NCBI GenBank assembly: GCA_964016885.1
Contig: OZ024741.1
Coordinates: 367,040,001 to 367,104,000, forward strand
DNA length: 64,000 nucleotides
Direction of reading: 5' to 3'
Source: Eledone cirrhosa
Lineage: Eukaryota
Both the position numbers and the translations under genes were made by a program. The notes beneath the pieces were generated by a model that saw only the letters and a list, made by a program, of their open reading frames with translations, was not told the DNA's origin and did no database searches. Within the stretch, counting starts at the first letter, position 1. The number at the start of each line of letters is the position of its first letter. Shown here piece by piece: positions 28,449 through 40,589 of this stretch.

Positions 28449-30005
28449 AAACACACACATGTAATTTTCAGTTTTACTGTGTAGGGAGAGAAAGTGCAGC
28501 AGTTGGGCATCCTATAGTAGGGAGGACTATTCTACTTGGATTTGAAAATATTCAAATGGTCTTCTGTTACAACAGTGCTAAATTCTGTTAGCATTTTCTT
28601 GCCAACGATCTTCATAGTTTCAGCATTTGGAATTTTTCAGATATACATAAGTTACACAACTTTGTCCTGATATTTTATGGGAACACTTTCATATTGACTC
28701 GTCCATAATTTTAAGTCTTGTGTACATGCGCGCGAGCACACAGTCATTTGTCTTTATTACTTAATTTCACATTTGTTTCTATAAAATATTGTGGTTAGTA
28801 TATATCTGAACAAATTTAGAACTCATACATATTATAAAATAAGTTAAATAATTCTAGTCAGTTTACTAAATCTCATGAAAATTGCATTGCTTCATAATAC
28901 CATCTAAAGAAAACCCAGCTGTTAATTACAGTAAAATTATCGATAAAAGAAAGGTTATATAAAGTTAATTTTAAAATACAGGTATGTTAAGAACAATTAA
29001 TGCAAACATTTCATATCTTAAATCTATGTGCATCCATTTAAATTTCATGTCTATAATTAAACATTGACTTTTTTCTGCAATGCAGTTTTATCTATGGTGT
29101 ATACATCTTTCCTGTGGATTGGCAGAATTGTTAGTTGGACTAAATGCTTTGAGGCATTTGTTTTGGTTCTTTATGTTCTGAGTTTGAATCTTACCTCCGT
29201 AAGGCAACTTTGCCTCTCAATCTTCCAGGGTTAATAAATTAAAGTATATTGTTGATATAATTGTTCCCCACACACACAATTACTGGTCATGTGCCTAAAT
29301 TAAAAACCATTATTTTGCCTTAATTTTTATTATTATTGTTGTTACTTGGTAATGGAAAGTTTGATAAGAGTGGGGGCTTGAAACAGAACTAGTGTAAATG
29401 TGACAACTGCCTGAAATCTGATTTTCATATGGATACATGATTCATAGTTTTCATTGGAGGTATGGTTTATGGTGGAGCTCCCCAGCCACAAACATACACA
29501 CTTTGGGGGATAGCGCCTGAATGATCACCATGTATGGGCAGCCTCTGGGTGAACACTGACAAAGTAAAAATGTCTGAATTACATCACTGGCAACCATCAA
29601 ATACTCTGAGGCAAACAAGGATTGTTCGCAAATGTTTGTCATAAGGATTTCTCAAATTTGGAAATATGGCAAATAGTGTATATACAATTCATTGCTTCCT
29701 TTTTTTTTGTCAATTCAGTCCTCGTTGTTGCTGTCTTGTTGACATTGAATTATTTTTGGCAATTTTCTTCCCCAACTTTTTTGGCTCCTGTATCTTTGCT
29801 TAAATATTATCTGGTTGCTTTCTGGATTAGATATTTGCTCAATATTTGTTGTGCTAAACTGCTTTGCCTATTTTCTTTGTCTATATTTTGGCAAGGTTCT
29901 TCTTATTTTACTCTTCTTTCCTTAATTGTTCATTGAAATATATCATCAATTCTAGTAACTTAGATAATCTCAACTTTCTACATCAATTTCTCGTTGACTC
30001 TCCAG

Positions 30006-30068
30006 GAGAAAACAAGCTAAGCATCATGATTCTAGCAGTGGAACAGAGTCCTCTAGTGGCACTGATTG
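30006..30068 (+). CDS. Candidate host exon (RKQAKHHDSSSGTESSSGTD), 63 nt, symmetric phase 2-2
   Basis: Acceptor tttctcgttgactctccAG and donor TG|GTAAGT at 30069. The phase-2 frame that joins exon 20143-20239 (AT+G = Met) is open and gives a repeated SSSGT motif. Confidence 0.6.
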
Positions 30069-30771
30069 GTAAGTACTTATTAAACTAGGGAGGTAACTCT
30101 GTTATGTTCTGGAACTTCAGTATAAATATTCCAACATTCCTACATATTTTTTAATGTCTAAAATTTGTTGACATGTGGGAAATTTTGTGAATTTGTTCAC
30201 ATTCAGATTCTGTATGAAAGCTATGGAAGTACTATTTATATTATATATATATATGCCTTTACATAATACAATCCTGGCAGTTAGAGAAATTAAATTTGCC
30301 ATTAATTGTTACCATACCAATTATGAGCCCATATTTTCAGACTGAGAATAAGATATTATTTTCTGCGTTGCTATTTAAACTGGTCATGCTATTATGAAGC
30401 AGTTTATGAAGCCGCCTGAAATGTCCCTGATTCTATGATACAAAACTGATTGTTTTAAATTTTTTATATTTATCTAAGAACCTTATATCATAATTTTATG
30501 TAAGAATCTTTAAGCTGTGCTCCAGACACCAACTAAATGGGAAAGTTAGCTATATTACTAAATCCTTCAAAATTCATGATTATTTTCAAATCATAGGCCG
30601 AGTTTTCCATTAGAAATATGGTAATGAAAAGGGTTAAATTACATTGGCATTTATATTTTGTCCGTTGTAAGCATGTAGGAAAAAATGAGTTAAACCTATT
30701 TCAGCATCTCTCAAAAAGTAAGTTTACTTCTTTAAATTTAATCATTGCTTTCAGAATTCTTTGTTGTTGTT

Positions 30772-30815
30772 GTTATTATTATTTTTTTTATTATTATTAT
30801 TATTATTTTTTAAAA

Positions 30816-30870
<55 letters not shown>
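30772..30870. repeat. (TTA)n microsatellite
   Basis: Seen directly. Confidence 0.95.
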
Positions 30871-30872
<2 letters not shown>

Positions 30873-31260
30873 CTTTTTATCAACCGTGCCAAAATTGGCT
30901 CTGGTTCTATGAAACAAACATACATTTTAAATGGGTCCTATTTTAAAATCCCCAACATAATTTTTTTTATAGGGGACATATGGTACTATTTTAGTACTGA
31001 TATCATTAATAATTTTAGTAATAAACCCCTCAAAATTAAATGGCATAGTGTATTCCATGAGAAATATGATCACAATTATATTTATATTTGGATTTTCTCT
31101 CCTTTTTTTAAAATCCTATGTATTATTACATTTTGACAGGCTTGTTTTTAGAAATACTATTAAGGATTAATCTAATTGATTGAAGCTGGTGCACACCTGG
31201 TCCCATAAATGGAAATAACTTAATGATTTTCAAGAATGTATATGTATGTGTGTATATATG

Positions 31261-31303
<43 letters not shown>

Positions 31304-31439
31304 CTCCTAAATTGGTCAAAGAAGAAATCTTGATAAATTGTTGAATTAAATATTTATAATCTTTAAAGTGTTTCATCCACTCACATTGTTAAATGATTTG
31401 TTTATGCAGATTTTTTCTTTTTTTAAAATAAATCTGCCA

Positions 31440-31678
31440 TTAATCCTCTTGATACCAAATCACCTGAAACTACCTGTGTTTATTTTAAAGTATTTAAATC
31501 TATCTAAAGTCCTTCCATCCTGATTTTATGTAAGAACATTTATGTTCCAAACACCAGCTTAATAATGAGAAAGTTAATAACGTCACTAAATCTCTTCAAA
31601 TTCTTGGATTATTTTCAAAATGATCTGAAAATCACAAGGTAGTTTCTTTCATTAGAAATATGGTAACAAAAGGATTAA
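31440..31678 (+). mobile_element. piggyBac-type MITE family A
   Basis: Family-A body with TTAA ends. Confidence 0.8.
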
Positions 31679-34341
31679 ATATAACTCTTAACAGGACATG
31701 GTATAGCCATGTTTGTGCTGAATGAATTTAGACTGCCAAACCTAGTATTATTCCACCTGTGTGGTAGGAAAGCAATTTGATAGTTTATTTAACTGGGGGA
31801 ATATATATGTGTTGCATTTCATGGTTCATTAGCTTACATTAAGAACAGCAAGAGTTCTAAATGCAAACATGCATTTAAAAAGGATACACAAAAAAAAAAA
31901 AAAAAAAAAAAAAGTGAAAGAAAGTAGCAGACATCAAGTCATTTGGTAATAGGCTGCAATCAATAATTGGCAAAAGTGAATTTATTACAAATTTGATGAT
32001 AGGAAGAGAAGGCGTCCAGCTGTAGAAACCTGCCTATTAAAGGTTCAAGGGAACTCTTCGGTTGTGACAAACCTCGCTAGTGCTGGTGTCACAATAAAAC
32101 ACCCAGTGTACCCTGTAGGGTGTGGAAATATGTGTAAGATGCCCCCTCCCTGACTGCCTGAGAGGTCAGTGGCTGTGACTTAGTAATGACTTGTTCTGTG
32201 ACAACCCTTCCAACCCTTGCTAGCTGGGGAAACGGACATTAAATGATGATGATGCATATATATGTATTTATATGTGTATATAGTGATCGAAAGAATAAAA
32301 AAAAAAAAACAATAAGTTATTATTAGGCTTATGCTCTGGAGAAATTAAAAGGAATTGTTTTGGATTATGTTGAGGCAAAGGGCCACATGTGGACAGAAAG
32401 GTTATATAGCAGCAAACTGACTGGATGTGGTTGGGTGTATAAGCAGTAATGTGGTGAGATGGTGGTATAGGTCTAAATGTCATGTAGTTATTAATTAGTC
32501 TCTTCTATTTACATGTTCAAATCACAGTGACACAACCTTTGGTTTGCATGAAATATTTACCTGTAATATACTGTAATATTTACCTGTGTTAGTTTAATCA
32601 ACTCTAGCTTTCTTTTGCCAAAATGAAATATGAAAATGAGCAATAATTGTCTTAGTTTGTTAAATGTTTCCATTTTTTTTTCCTTGTTAATTTTAAAATT
32701 CTTATTTTTTTTTATTGTTAATTTTTAAAATTCTTATTTTTTAAATATTTATTTTGCTTTCTAACAGGTTTTTAGAATTAATTTTGTTGAAAAATGTTTT
32801 GTCTAATTATGAAAATGTATTGAATACACATATTTCTATATTTGTATATAGTATGCTATATATAAACATTATTTGAATGTACACAGGATACATGAAAGGA
32901 AAGGAGTATTAAAAAAAAGGGGGGGGGGTATTAGTGCAAATGTGTCTAGTGGTTAGGGTGTTGGACTCAAGATAAAATTGTTGGTTCAATTCTTGGACTG
33001 GGCAGCAATTGGTTCTTGAGGATGACCCTTCATTTCATGCTACTTTTCACGATATAACTGGAGCTCCTACCATTATATACTCCTGAGAAACTTCCTATAT
33101 GATACAACTTGCATAGGTGCGAGCTGTAATTTTTTTTTTCATTTTGTGTGTGTGTAAAATAGAGAGTTTAAGAGTGAAGAATAGGAAAAATAGACTATAC
33201 TAATTGAGTACAAAGAGGAAGCTTTTTTTTTTTAAACCAGAAGATGGATTGTGAGTCAATTTAAGATGACAAATATTAATTAAATATCTACTTTCTTATT
33301 TATGCATAATTTTATAATTATTCTTTGAGAATAATTATTTGTATTTGTTTAATTTTGGTTAACTAATGAGAATGAAATAAAAATTGCTTAAATAGTAAAG
33401 AAATAAATGTCCGTTTTATAAAAACAAATTTAAAGCATAAAAGATAGAGAAATGTTGATATTTCATAGTGTACATCTTTTTTTTTTATTTATTATTTTTG
33501 TTATTAACCATAGCTACAGGGCTTAAATCTTTGGTATGATTAAATATTTTCTATGGACAAATAATAATCCCTTTGATACCAAACCGCCTGAAGCTACCGT
33601 TGTTTTGTTCTGAACACCAGATTAACTCATTGTTATGCAAATTTTAACAACAATTTGTCCATTTGTAAAGATACTATAGACATTTGAATTAACAAACTAG
33701 TCTTTAGATATTTTCACCTAAATCACCATGGGATGTAAAGAGTTAAGGGCACTCTCCTTGCTGAAGGAGTTAGTCATGTGGGATTCTATGGCAGGCTTCA
33801 TAATCACCACAGAATCCTGTTTTTAGACAATGATTTATGGTTGATTACCCTTGGTGCCAACCCATTGTTGTTTCTCACGACACACGGCTACAGCATACTT
33901 ATTTTAAGCCTGATATATATCATCATCATCGTTTAACGTCCATATTCCATGCTTGCATGGGTTTGGACGGTAATATATGTATGTATGTATGTATGTACGT
34001 GTGTGTGTGTGTGTGTAAAAAGAAAACCACCTAAAACAAACTTGTTATGGGTTTGAACCTGGCATCTTCTAATCTCTAACCAGGAAGCATTATCCATTAC
34101 ACCACAAAATAGCTAGAATAATACATATATTTTGAGAAATAACCTTGGTAATACAATGAAAGAATGCATCTAGGAAGGTTTTTAAATGCTATTAGATATT
34201 CTTTTTGATATTTCCAAGCACAATTATATATTCTGAATTTTTCAGTATGTTTTGAACTTTGAAATATTATTCGTGTATATCAGTTTGTATTTTCTTCAGA
34301 ATTGATAATATTTAATAGCTTCATAATTTAATAGAATATAT

Positions 34342-34515
34342 ATTAACTCCCAATGTCCTGTATTACATGAAACCACATCAAGAAGACAATCTTGAAAAGT
34401 ACAAAATAGCACTATGACTGCAAGTATTCACAATCTGTCCACTATAACCATTTGAATTAACAAACCCATTTTTAGACATTTTCTAGTAAATCATGGCATG
34501 ATATTGAGAGGCAAT
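34342..34515 (+). mobile_element. Probable third TTAA-type MITE family (C); related pieces near 33625-33746, 34660-34794 and 51335-51560
   Basis: Shared motifs catgaaa..catca..gaaaagtacaaa, tttgaattaacaaac and terminal (A)AGAGTTAA. Confidence 0.5.
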
Positions 34516-35237
34516 TGGTATATATAAATATAATATTGTAGACCAATAACTACAAACTCATTTTCTTTAATTAACTCTTGATACAAGACCCACTGAAACT
34601 GATACTAGTTTTGCAATACAAATTTTTGTTTTAAAGTGTTTATATTTATCTAAAAATTAAAGCTTTTGCTCTAATACTGCAAATGTTCATAACAATCTGT
34701 CCAGTGGTAAAGATACTATACACCTATAAACATTTGATTTAAACCAGTTTTTCATCCCTCTCTCACTAAATCATTACACAATGTTAAGAGTTAAAATATG
34801 TTAAAATGGATTTTTATCTCATTTTTCATCCCAATAGTCAGAAGCCTGCTGGTTGCAATTACAGGCTTCATGTACAATAAGTATATTGTTTACAGGATGT
34901 TCTAAAACAAATATGTAGTGTTTTCGTACATAGTGGTGTATGAAATCGATAGTTTTGGGCATGGCTTCAAGCTTCAACTTAATTTTCATATCTAATTTTC
35001 TGTTATAATAGTCAACTTATGCCAGAAATAGTCTCTTTGGTACATAGCTTTTGAATTAATACTAGTTTATTTGAAATAAAGTTGAAACTTCTTTTTAGAT
35101 ACTAATGCTAAAATAGTTTGCATTATTTCTGCTATCACAATAACCCTTGAACACACAAGGCATAATGAAGAATTAAGGATTTGACATATTTAAATGATTT
35201 TCATTAGGCACTATATATTTCTTTCAAAATTTATATA

Positions 35238-35560
35238 GGTGCAGGTATGGCTGTATGGTTAAGTTGTTCACTTTGCAGTTGCATGGTTTCATGTTGTGTC
35301 CCACTGTGTGGCATTTGTCCTCAAGTTAATAAAGGCTTTGTGAGTGAAATTTTTTAGGTAGAACCTGTGGTGGCCCATCATATATAGTTATGTGCATCAG
35401 TTACTGTTTGTTTATATCCTCTAACTTAGCTATTCACCAAAGTGAGATCAATAAGATAAGCACCAGACTTAATGAATTGGGGCCAATACGATCGACTAAA
35501 TTTTTTTCAGTGTGGTGCCCCACCATCGCTGAAGTTTAGTGGCTGAAATAAGTAAAAGGA
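35238..35560 (+). mobile_element. SINE family 1
   Basis: Same head, body and tail as 6681. Confidence 0.8.
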
Positions 35561-35616
35561 TAAAATAATTTTTTCTACGTCAGTTGTTTGCAACCTTTTC
35601 AGTACTAAAAACCCAT

Positions 35617-35836
35617 TTAACCCTTTAATGTTCAAACTGGCATGAATTCTCTACCTCTTTCTGTTGAAACTGGCTGTAACTGGTCACTCAAACTGATGTT
35701 ACGGTGTTGTTCTCAAAATAAATTCTTTCAAAATCTCATAGATTCGATATTATGTGAAATAATTATGCGAGGTAAAGCCTTTACCATGAAAATATAATAG
35801 TATATATATAGAGTAACGTGAATGCTAAAGGGTTAA
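35617..35836 (+). mobile_element. piggyBac-type MITE family B
   Basis: TTAA-CCCTTTA...GAATGCTAAAGGG-TTAA; internal sequence resembles the 5' end of the piggyBac at 37822. Confidence 0.85.
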
Positions 35837-36500
35837 ATGAATTTTCCTGCAGACTCCAGTCTTTTGAAAAATTTGTCTATCCAACAATCTTATAGGCCTC
35901 CAGTACTACTTTTGCAGACCCTATTTGTTCATGGACCAGTGTAGGAACTATTGGGCCGATATAGGGTATATGTTTGCTTCAGATTGATGTAGCTTTTCTG
36001 TCATTAGCTTCAAAACAGATACACCTGATATACCATAAATTATTTTGACTTATATAATTCAATAGCTTGCATATCTTGTGAAGCACAAGCCAGTCAAAGT
36101 ATTCCATTTAACATGTTTTATTAGTGATTAGGGTATTGGGCCCATAATCATAAGGCCATGGGTTCAATTCCCAGGCCAAATGGCGCATTGTGTTCTTGAA
36201 CAAGACACTTTATTTTACATAGCTCCAATTTGCTCACCCAGAAAAAATGGATACTAGCTGTAGTTGGGAGTTGATCCTGTATACGGCTGAGTCTTGAATT
36301 CTTAGTCACTTAATGTTAATGAAACTGAGATAAGTTCCAGCCTTAGGGTACACTTAAACTAACTTAATTATTAGTAGATTTCCTCAATTCATCTTCAGGC
36401 AGCCATGCTGCCTCTCTCCCTTTAGGATCCACTGAAGGACTTCATTCAGAAGTCATGACTTTGACCAAAAAATTCATAATACTTTTTAATTGAATGTTTC

Positions 36501-36714
36501 TTAACCCTTTAGCATTTACATTACTCTATATATACTATTGTATTTTCCCAGTAAAGGCTTTATCTCACATAATATCGAATCTATAATATTTTGGTATTAT
36601 TTATTTTGACAATAAAACCTTAATGTCAGTATGAGCAACCAGTTACGTCCAGTTTGAATGGAAAGGTGAGAGAATTCTGGCCGGATACAGCCAGTTTAAA
36701 TGCTAAAGGGTAAA
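36501..36714 (-). mobile_element. piggyBac-type MITE family B
   Basis: Same termini and body as 17773-17998. Confidence 0.85.
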
Positions 36715-36808
36715 ATAAATAAATATTTATGTTGACCATTATTAATAAGCATCTTATCTTTGGTTTATTTTTTTCTATCAAACCTTTGAACTTACTTCTA
36801 GATACCAA

Positions 36809-37048
36809 TTAACCCTTTTGATATCAAACCACCCCTTGTTCTTCTGTACAAAGCTGTTTATTTAAAATTGTTTACATTTATCTAAAAATCTTCATCATAA
36901 TTTTATGTAAGAGCCCCGTAAGTTATGCTACAAACACCAGATTAATAAGTTATTTGAATTACTAAATCCCTTAAAATTATTGATTTCCCAAATTATTTGA
37001 AAATCATAGGCAGTATATTTTATTAGAAATATTGTCGTGAAAGGGTTA
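36809..37048 (+). mobile_element. piggyBac-type MITE family A (~240 bp), representative copy
   Basis: TTAACCCTTTTGATA...TTAGAAATAT.GT..GAAAGGGTTA. Further full or partial copies near 70, 2321, 3953, 5167, 8624, 9173, 12294, 16440, 17597, 24107, 30410, 30868, 31440, 45775, 46975, 47300, 49219, 51760, 58872, 60222, 61440 and 63341. Confidence 0.85.
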
Positions 37049-38073
37049 GGCACTGTTATTCCACTGGAAATTTGCAGCAAATTGATTTTTCAGTTTTTCA
37101 TAACTGTTAGATATATAATAGAGATGGAGTACGTTAGCATTTATTTTAGCTAACATTCTCTTGGATAATTTTACTGGTTTGTGATGATATAAAATACATG
37201 ATGACAATTAAATAAGTTGAATAAACCTTTTAAATATACCTCATTAAACAATATTCTTTTAGAAATGCCCTTGTCTTTCAGGTGATAAATATTAGTAAAA
37301 ATAATAGCTTAAAATAAACATAATAATATACCAATACAATTAAGATAGGAATTATATATATATATATCATTGTTTTATGGGTGGAATAAATAATATTCAG
37401 TTACTTCAACAAAGTTGTTGATTGTGTGTGCGTGTGTATATATTTATTTATTGTGGACAGCTCCAATGATAGTTACAAGAGGGACTGATTGCAATTATTT
37501 TGTAATAAACTTGTGTTTAACACTTACCATACACTGCCTATGATTATCAAATAAAGAATTTCGAAGGATTTAATAACTTTCTCATTGTTAAGATGTGAGA
37601 ATGGTGGGTTGACAGATCATTAGACAAAATGATTGGCAGCATTGTCAGTGTCTGACAAAATGCTTTGTGGCATTTAGTTACTGCTCTTATATATTGAGTT
37701 TAAATGCCACTACAGTCAATTTTGCCTTTCATAACGGCATCAGAAAAATAAGTACCAGATGTGTACTCCAGTCAATTTGATTTTTCCTCCCCCTGAATTT
37801 GCAAGCCTGAATGAGAAATCATTAACCCTTTAGTGTTCAAACCGGCCGCAATTATTATCCCCTTCATTTGTTCAAACTGCCCCAAACCGGCCGATAACAC
37901 CCACACTAAAATAGTTCTAAAAAATAAACGATACCGTCATCAAAATCTCATCAATTCGAGATTACTGCGAGATTAGGCCCTTACCACGAAAATTAACACT
38001 TAATATAGTGAAACAACCTAAAACAACACGTTTTTTTAATGTTGAAAGTAGAACAGATTTTTTGTGTATCAAC

Positions 38074-39010
38074 ATGGCTTGTGAAAGTAGTGATACAGAC
38101 TATGAAGGTTTTACGCACGAAGACAATTCAGAATGAACAAGAAACAAAAGATAATATTAGTGATTTATCTTCAAATAAATCAGATGTTTACATTTCTGAA
38201 ATTTCATCCGACGATGATTGTTGATTTGAAAGTGAAAACGGAGATCTCCAGGACGCGGTTGAAAATATTACAGCAACGTGGTTGAAAAATACCACACCAA
38301 TATATGTTCCCGATTTTATTCAAAATACTGGTTCACAACACACATTAGCTCCCGATGCTAAAGCACTGGATTATTTCTTTTTGTTTTTACCACAAACTTT
38401 CTTCGAAGTTAAGGCAGAAGAGATTAATCGATATGCCCAACAACAGATTTCAAATTGAGGAAAACCCGATCTGTTTGGCGACCGACAGATGCTGCGGAAA
38501 TGCAAGCATTTTTTACCGTAAGGAGGCACATGGCTTAGTGGTTAGAGCATTGGCCTTGCAATCGAAAGGTTGTGAGTTCAATTCTCAGACCGAGTGATGT
38601 GTTGTTTCCTTGAGCAAGACACTTTATTTCACATTGCTCCAGTTTACTCAGCTGTAGAAATGAGATGATAGGGACTGGGGTCCATATCATTCCACTGCAA
38701 AGTGGTCGTGGAGGTGCCACGGCAAAAATGCACCCAGCACTCACTGTAAATGAGGTTGGTGTTAGGAAGGACATCCAGCTGTAGAAATCAAGCCAGAATC
38801 AGTTCCCGTCCCACCCTTGCAAGCAGGGAAAAAGTGGACGTAAAATGAAATGAAAATGATGATTATGTTCGGTATAAAACAATTTCCAAGACTGGAATTA
38901 CTGGAGCACTGATATAAGGTTTAGTGATCCTTATATATCAAGTATTATGCTGAAAACAACGTATTTAAAATTAAGCCAGTATTTGCACCTGGTTGATACT
39001 TCAAATGCCC
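38074..39010 (+). pseudogene. piggyBac (PGBD4-like, DDE_Tnp_1_7) transposase N-terminal remnant, interrupted by a SINE
   Basis: Acidic N-terminus, then DAKALDYFFLFLPQTFFEVKAEEINRYAQQ / WRPTDAAEMQAFF [SINE] IMFGIKQFPRL / YWSTDIRFSDPYISSIMLKTTYLKLSQYLHLVD. Confidence 0.82.
38522..38862 (+). mobile_element. Young tRNA-derived SINE with RTE-derived 3' region
   Basis: A box TGGCTTAGTGG, B box GAGTTCAATTC, body CTTGAGCAAGACACTTTATTTCAC, RTE 3'UTR module and terminal hairpin. Confidence 0.9.
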
Positions 39011-40539
39011 CTATTAATTAATTTCACCTCCCCATAAAAGTCAAATTTAACCAAAAAAATCAGGTAAAATCATATAATTGTAAATTATTGATATTTAAAC
39101 ATCTACTGACAAAATTTCAAGCCTGCACATAGAAAATTAAGAAAATTACAATCAAATAAAATTGATAACCATCTTGAGTATGATTAACTCAAAATAATGT
39201 GAACAGATAACCATGACATTTGAAAATTAATGCGAATGCTAAAGGGTTAAGCTAGTTTTTGGAGCATAATTTAACAAATGTTCTTACATAAAATTATGGC
39301 AGTTTTTAGATAATTATAAACACTACTGCCCAAAACCATCTCTAGTTCTGAATGTAAACTTTCAGTTTTAAGATGTTCATATCAAAAGTAAAACTTGTTC
39401 CAGGCACCCGCTAAATCTCTTCAAATCCTTGATTATTTTAAATATAGGCATTATATCTGGAAATAAGGTAATAGAAAGATTAAAACAGCTTTGTAGAGTA
39501 GAAGCAAAGATGGTTTGATATTAAAAGGGTTTAATGTGTACTAGTTATCTTTTGTATAGTATCATTCACTTAACTCATCATACTGTAGTATGTTCAATCT
39601 TGATGTATTTGTATTGACATAAACATGAAAACAACCAGAGTAGTTGTAAGTCTTCAGTAGCTAGAGTGTTAGAATGATAAAATGTAGCATCATGGGAATT
39701 GTTTCTACTAGATTATAATGTATGATGACTTTGTAGATGGAATGAACTGAGAATCATTTTTGCCTGCTTGCTTTGCATTGGCAATATATACCTTTATATC
39801 AACTTAAACTTTGTTACTGTGGTAACCTGTACTGATTCTGTGCCAGAAATGTATTTACCCAGAATTAGGAATTGGAAACTATATTTTAGATAAATTGCTT
39901 TAGAAGGGTCATGCCAGGTTGAAGAAGTGTTTAAACCTTGATAAATTTCTGTTTGGTTTTCTATATTTAATAATATAAATGCTACAAGCAAAGACATAAG
40001 TTATACTACAGTGCCAGATGCTTTGTGTGTGTTGCTTAAGCTGTACCTCCTTTGTGTTTGGAACATAGCAAAGGTCTAATTTTATATAAGGACCTTTATG
40101 TTCCAAGCACCAAATGAGAAAGTTGGTTATATATTAAACCCCCCCTCCTCCTAAATCTTAGGGGTTTTTTTGTTTTCTTTCTTAGTTAATGGGTCCTGTG
40201 AGGCGTTCATATTTATGCTAGGCCTTCTGTTTATTAAGGATGTTGTCAAAACCCAGCATACCAGCATAGGCACTGATTCTTCCAGTTATCATATCGTTTT
40301 CTGTCTGCTTTCCATGCTGTCATGTAGTGTCACAGTCAAAGCCTGTCCTTAGCCAGAGGATGTCATGCATGTACATTACACTTTTAGATGGTTTTTACAG
40401 CTGAATGCCTTTCCTAACACAAACCTCTTTACAGAGTGTACTGTGTACTACATACATTTTATTGTGGCACCAGTAATAGAGAAGGAACCTAAAACAATAT
40501 AGTTGATAAATCTTCCTTAATCACATAGTTAAGCTAAGC

Positions 40540-40585
<46 letters not shown>

Positions 40586-40589
<4 letters not shown>

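Larger units (their letters stand above)
37822..39250 (+). mobile_element. Internally deleted piggyBac transposon
   Basis: TTAA at both ends, termini CCCTTTAGTGTTC / GAATGCTAAAGGG, and an internal transposase remnant. Confidence 0.88.

Noticed and set aside
29440-29940. Unique, slightly GC-richer region, possibly a decayed transposase
   Set aside because: No recognisable motif by eye in any frame.
30618-31136. 172-aa ORF with poly-Ile and poly-Tyr
   Set aside because: Spans a (TTA)n repeat and MITE sequence.
34839-34880. Possible next exon after 30068 (acceptor catcccaatAG)
   Set aside because: The required frame reaches TAA before any convincing donor.
38522-38595. tRNA-like sequence
   Set aside because: SINE head: continues into the SINE body, has no clean acceptor stem, and is multicopy.
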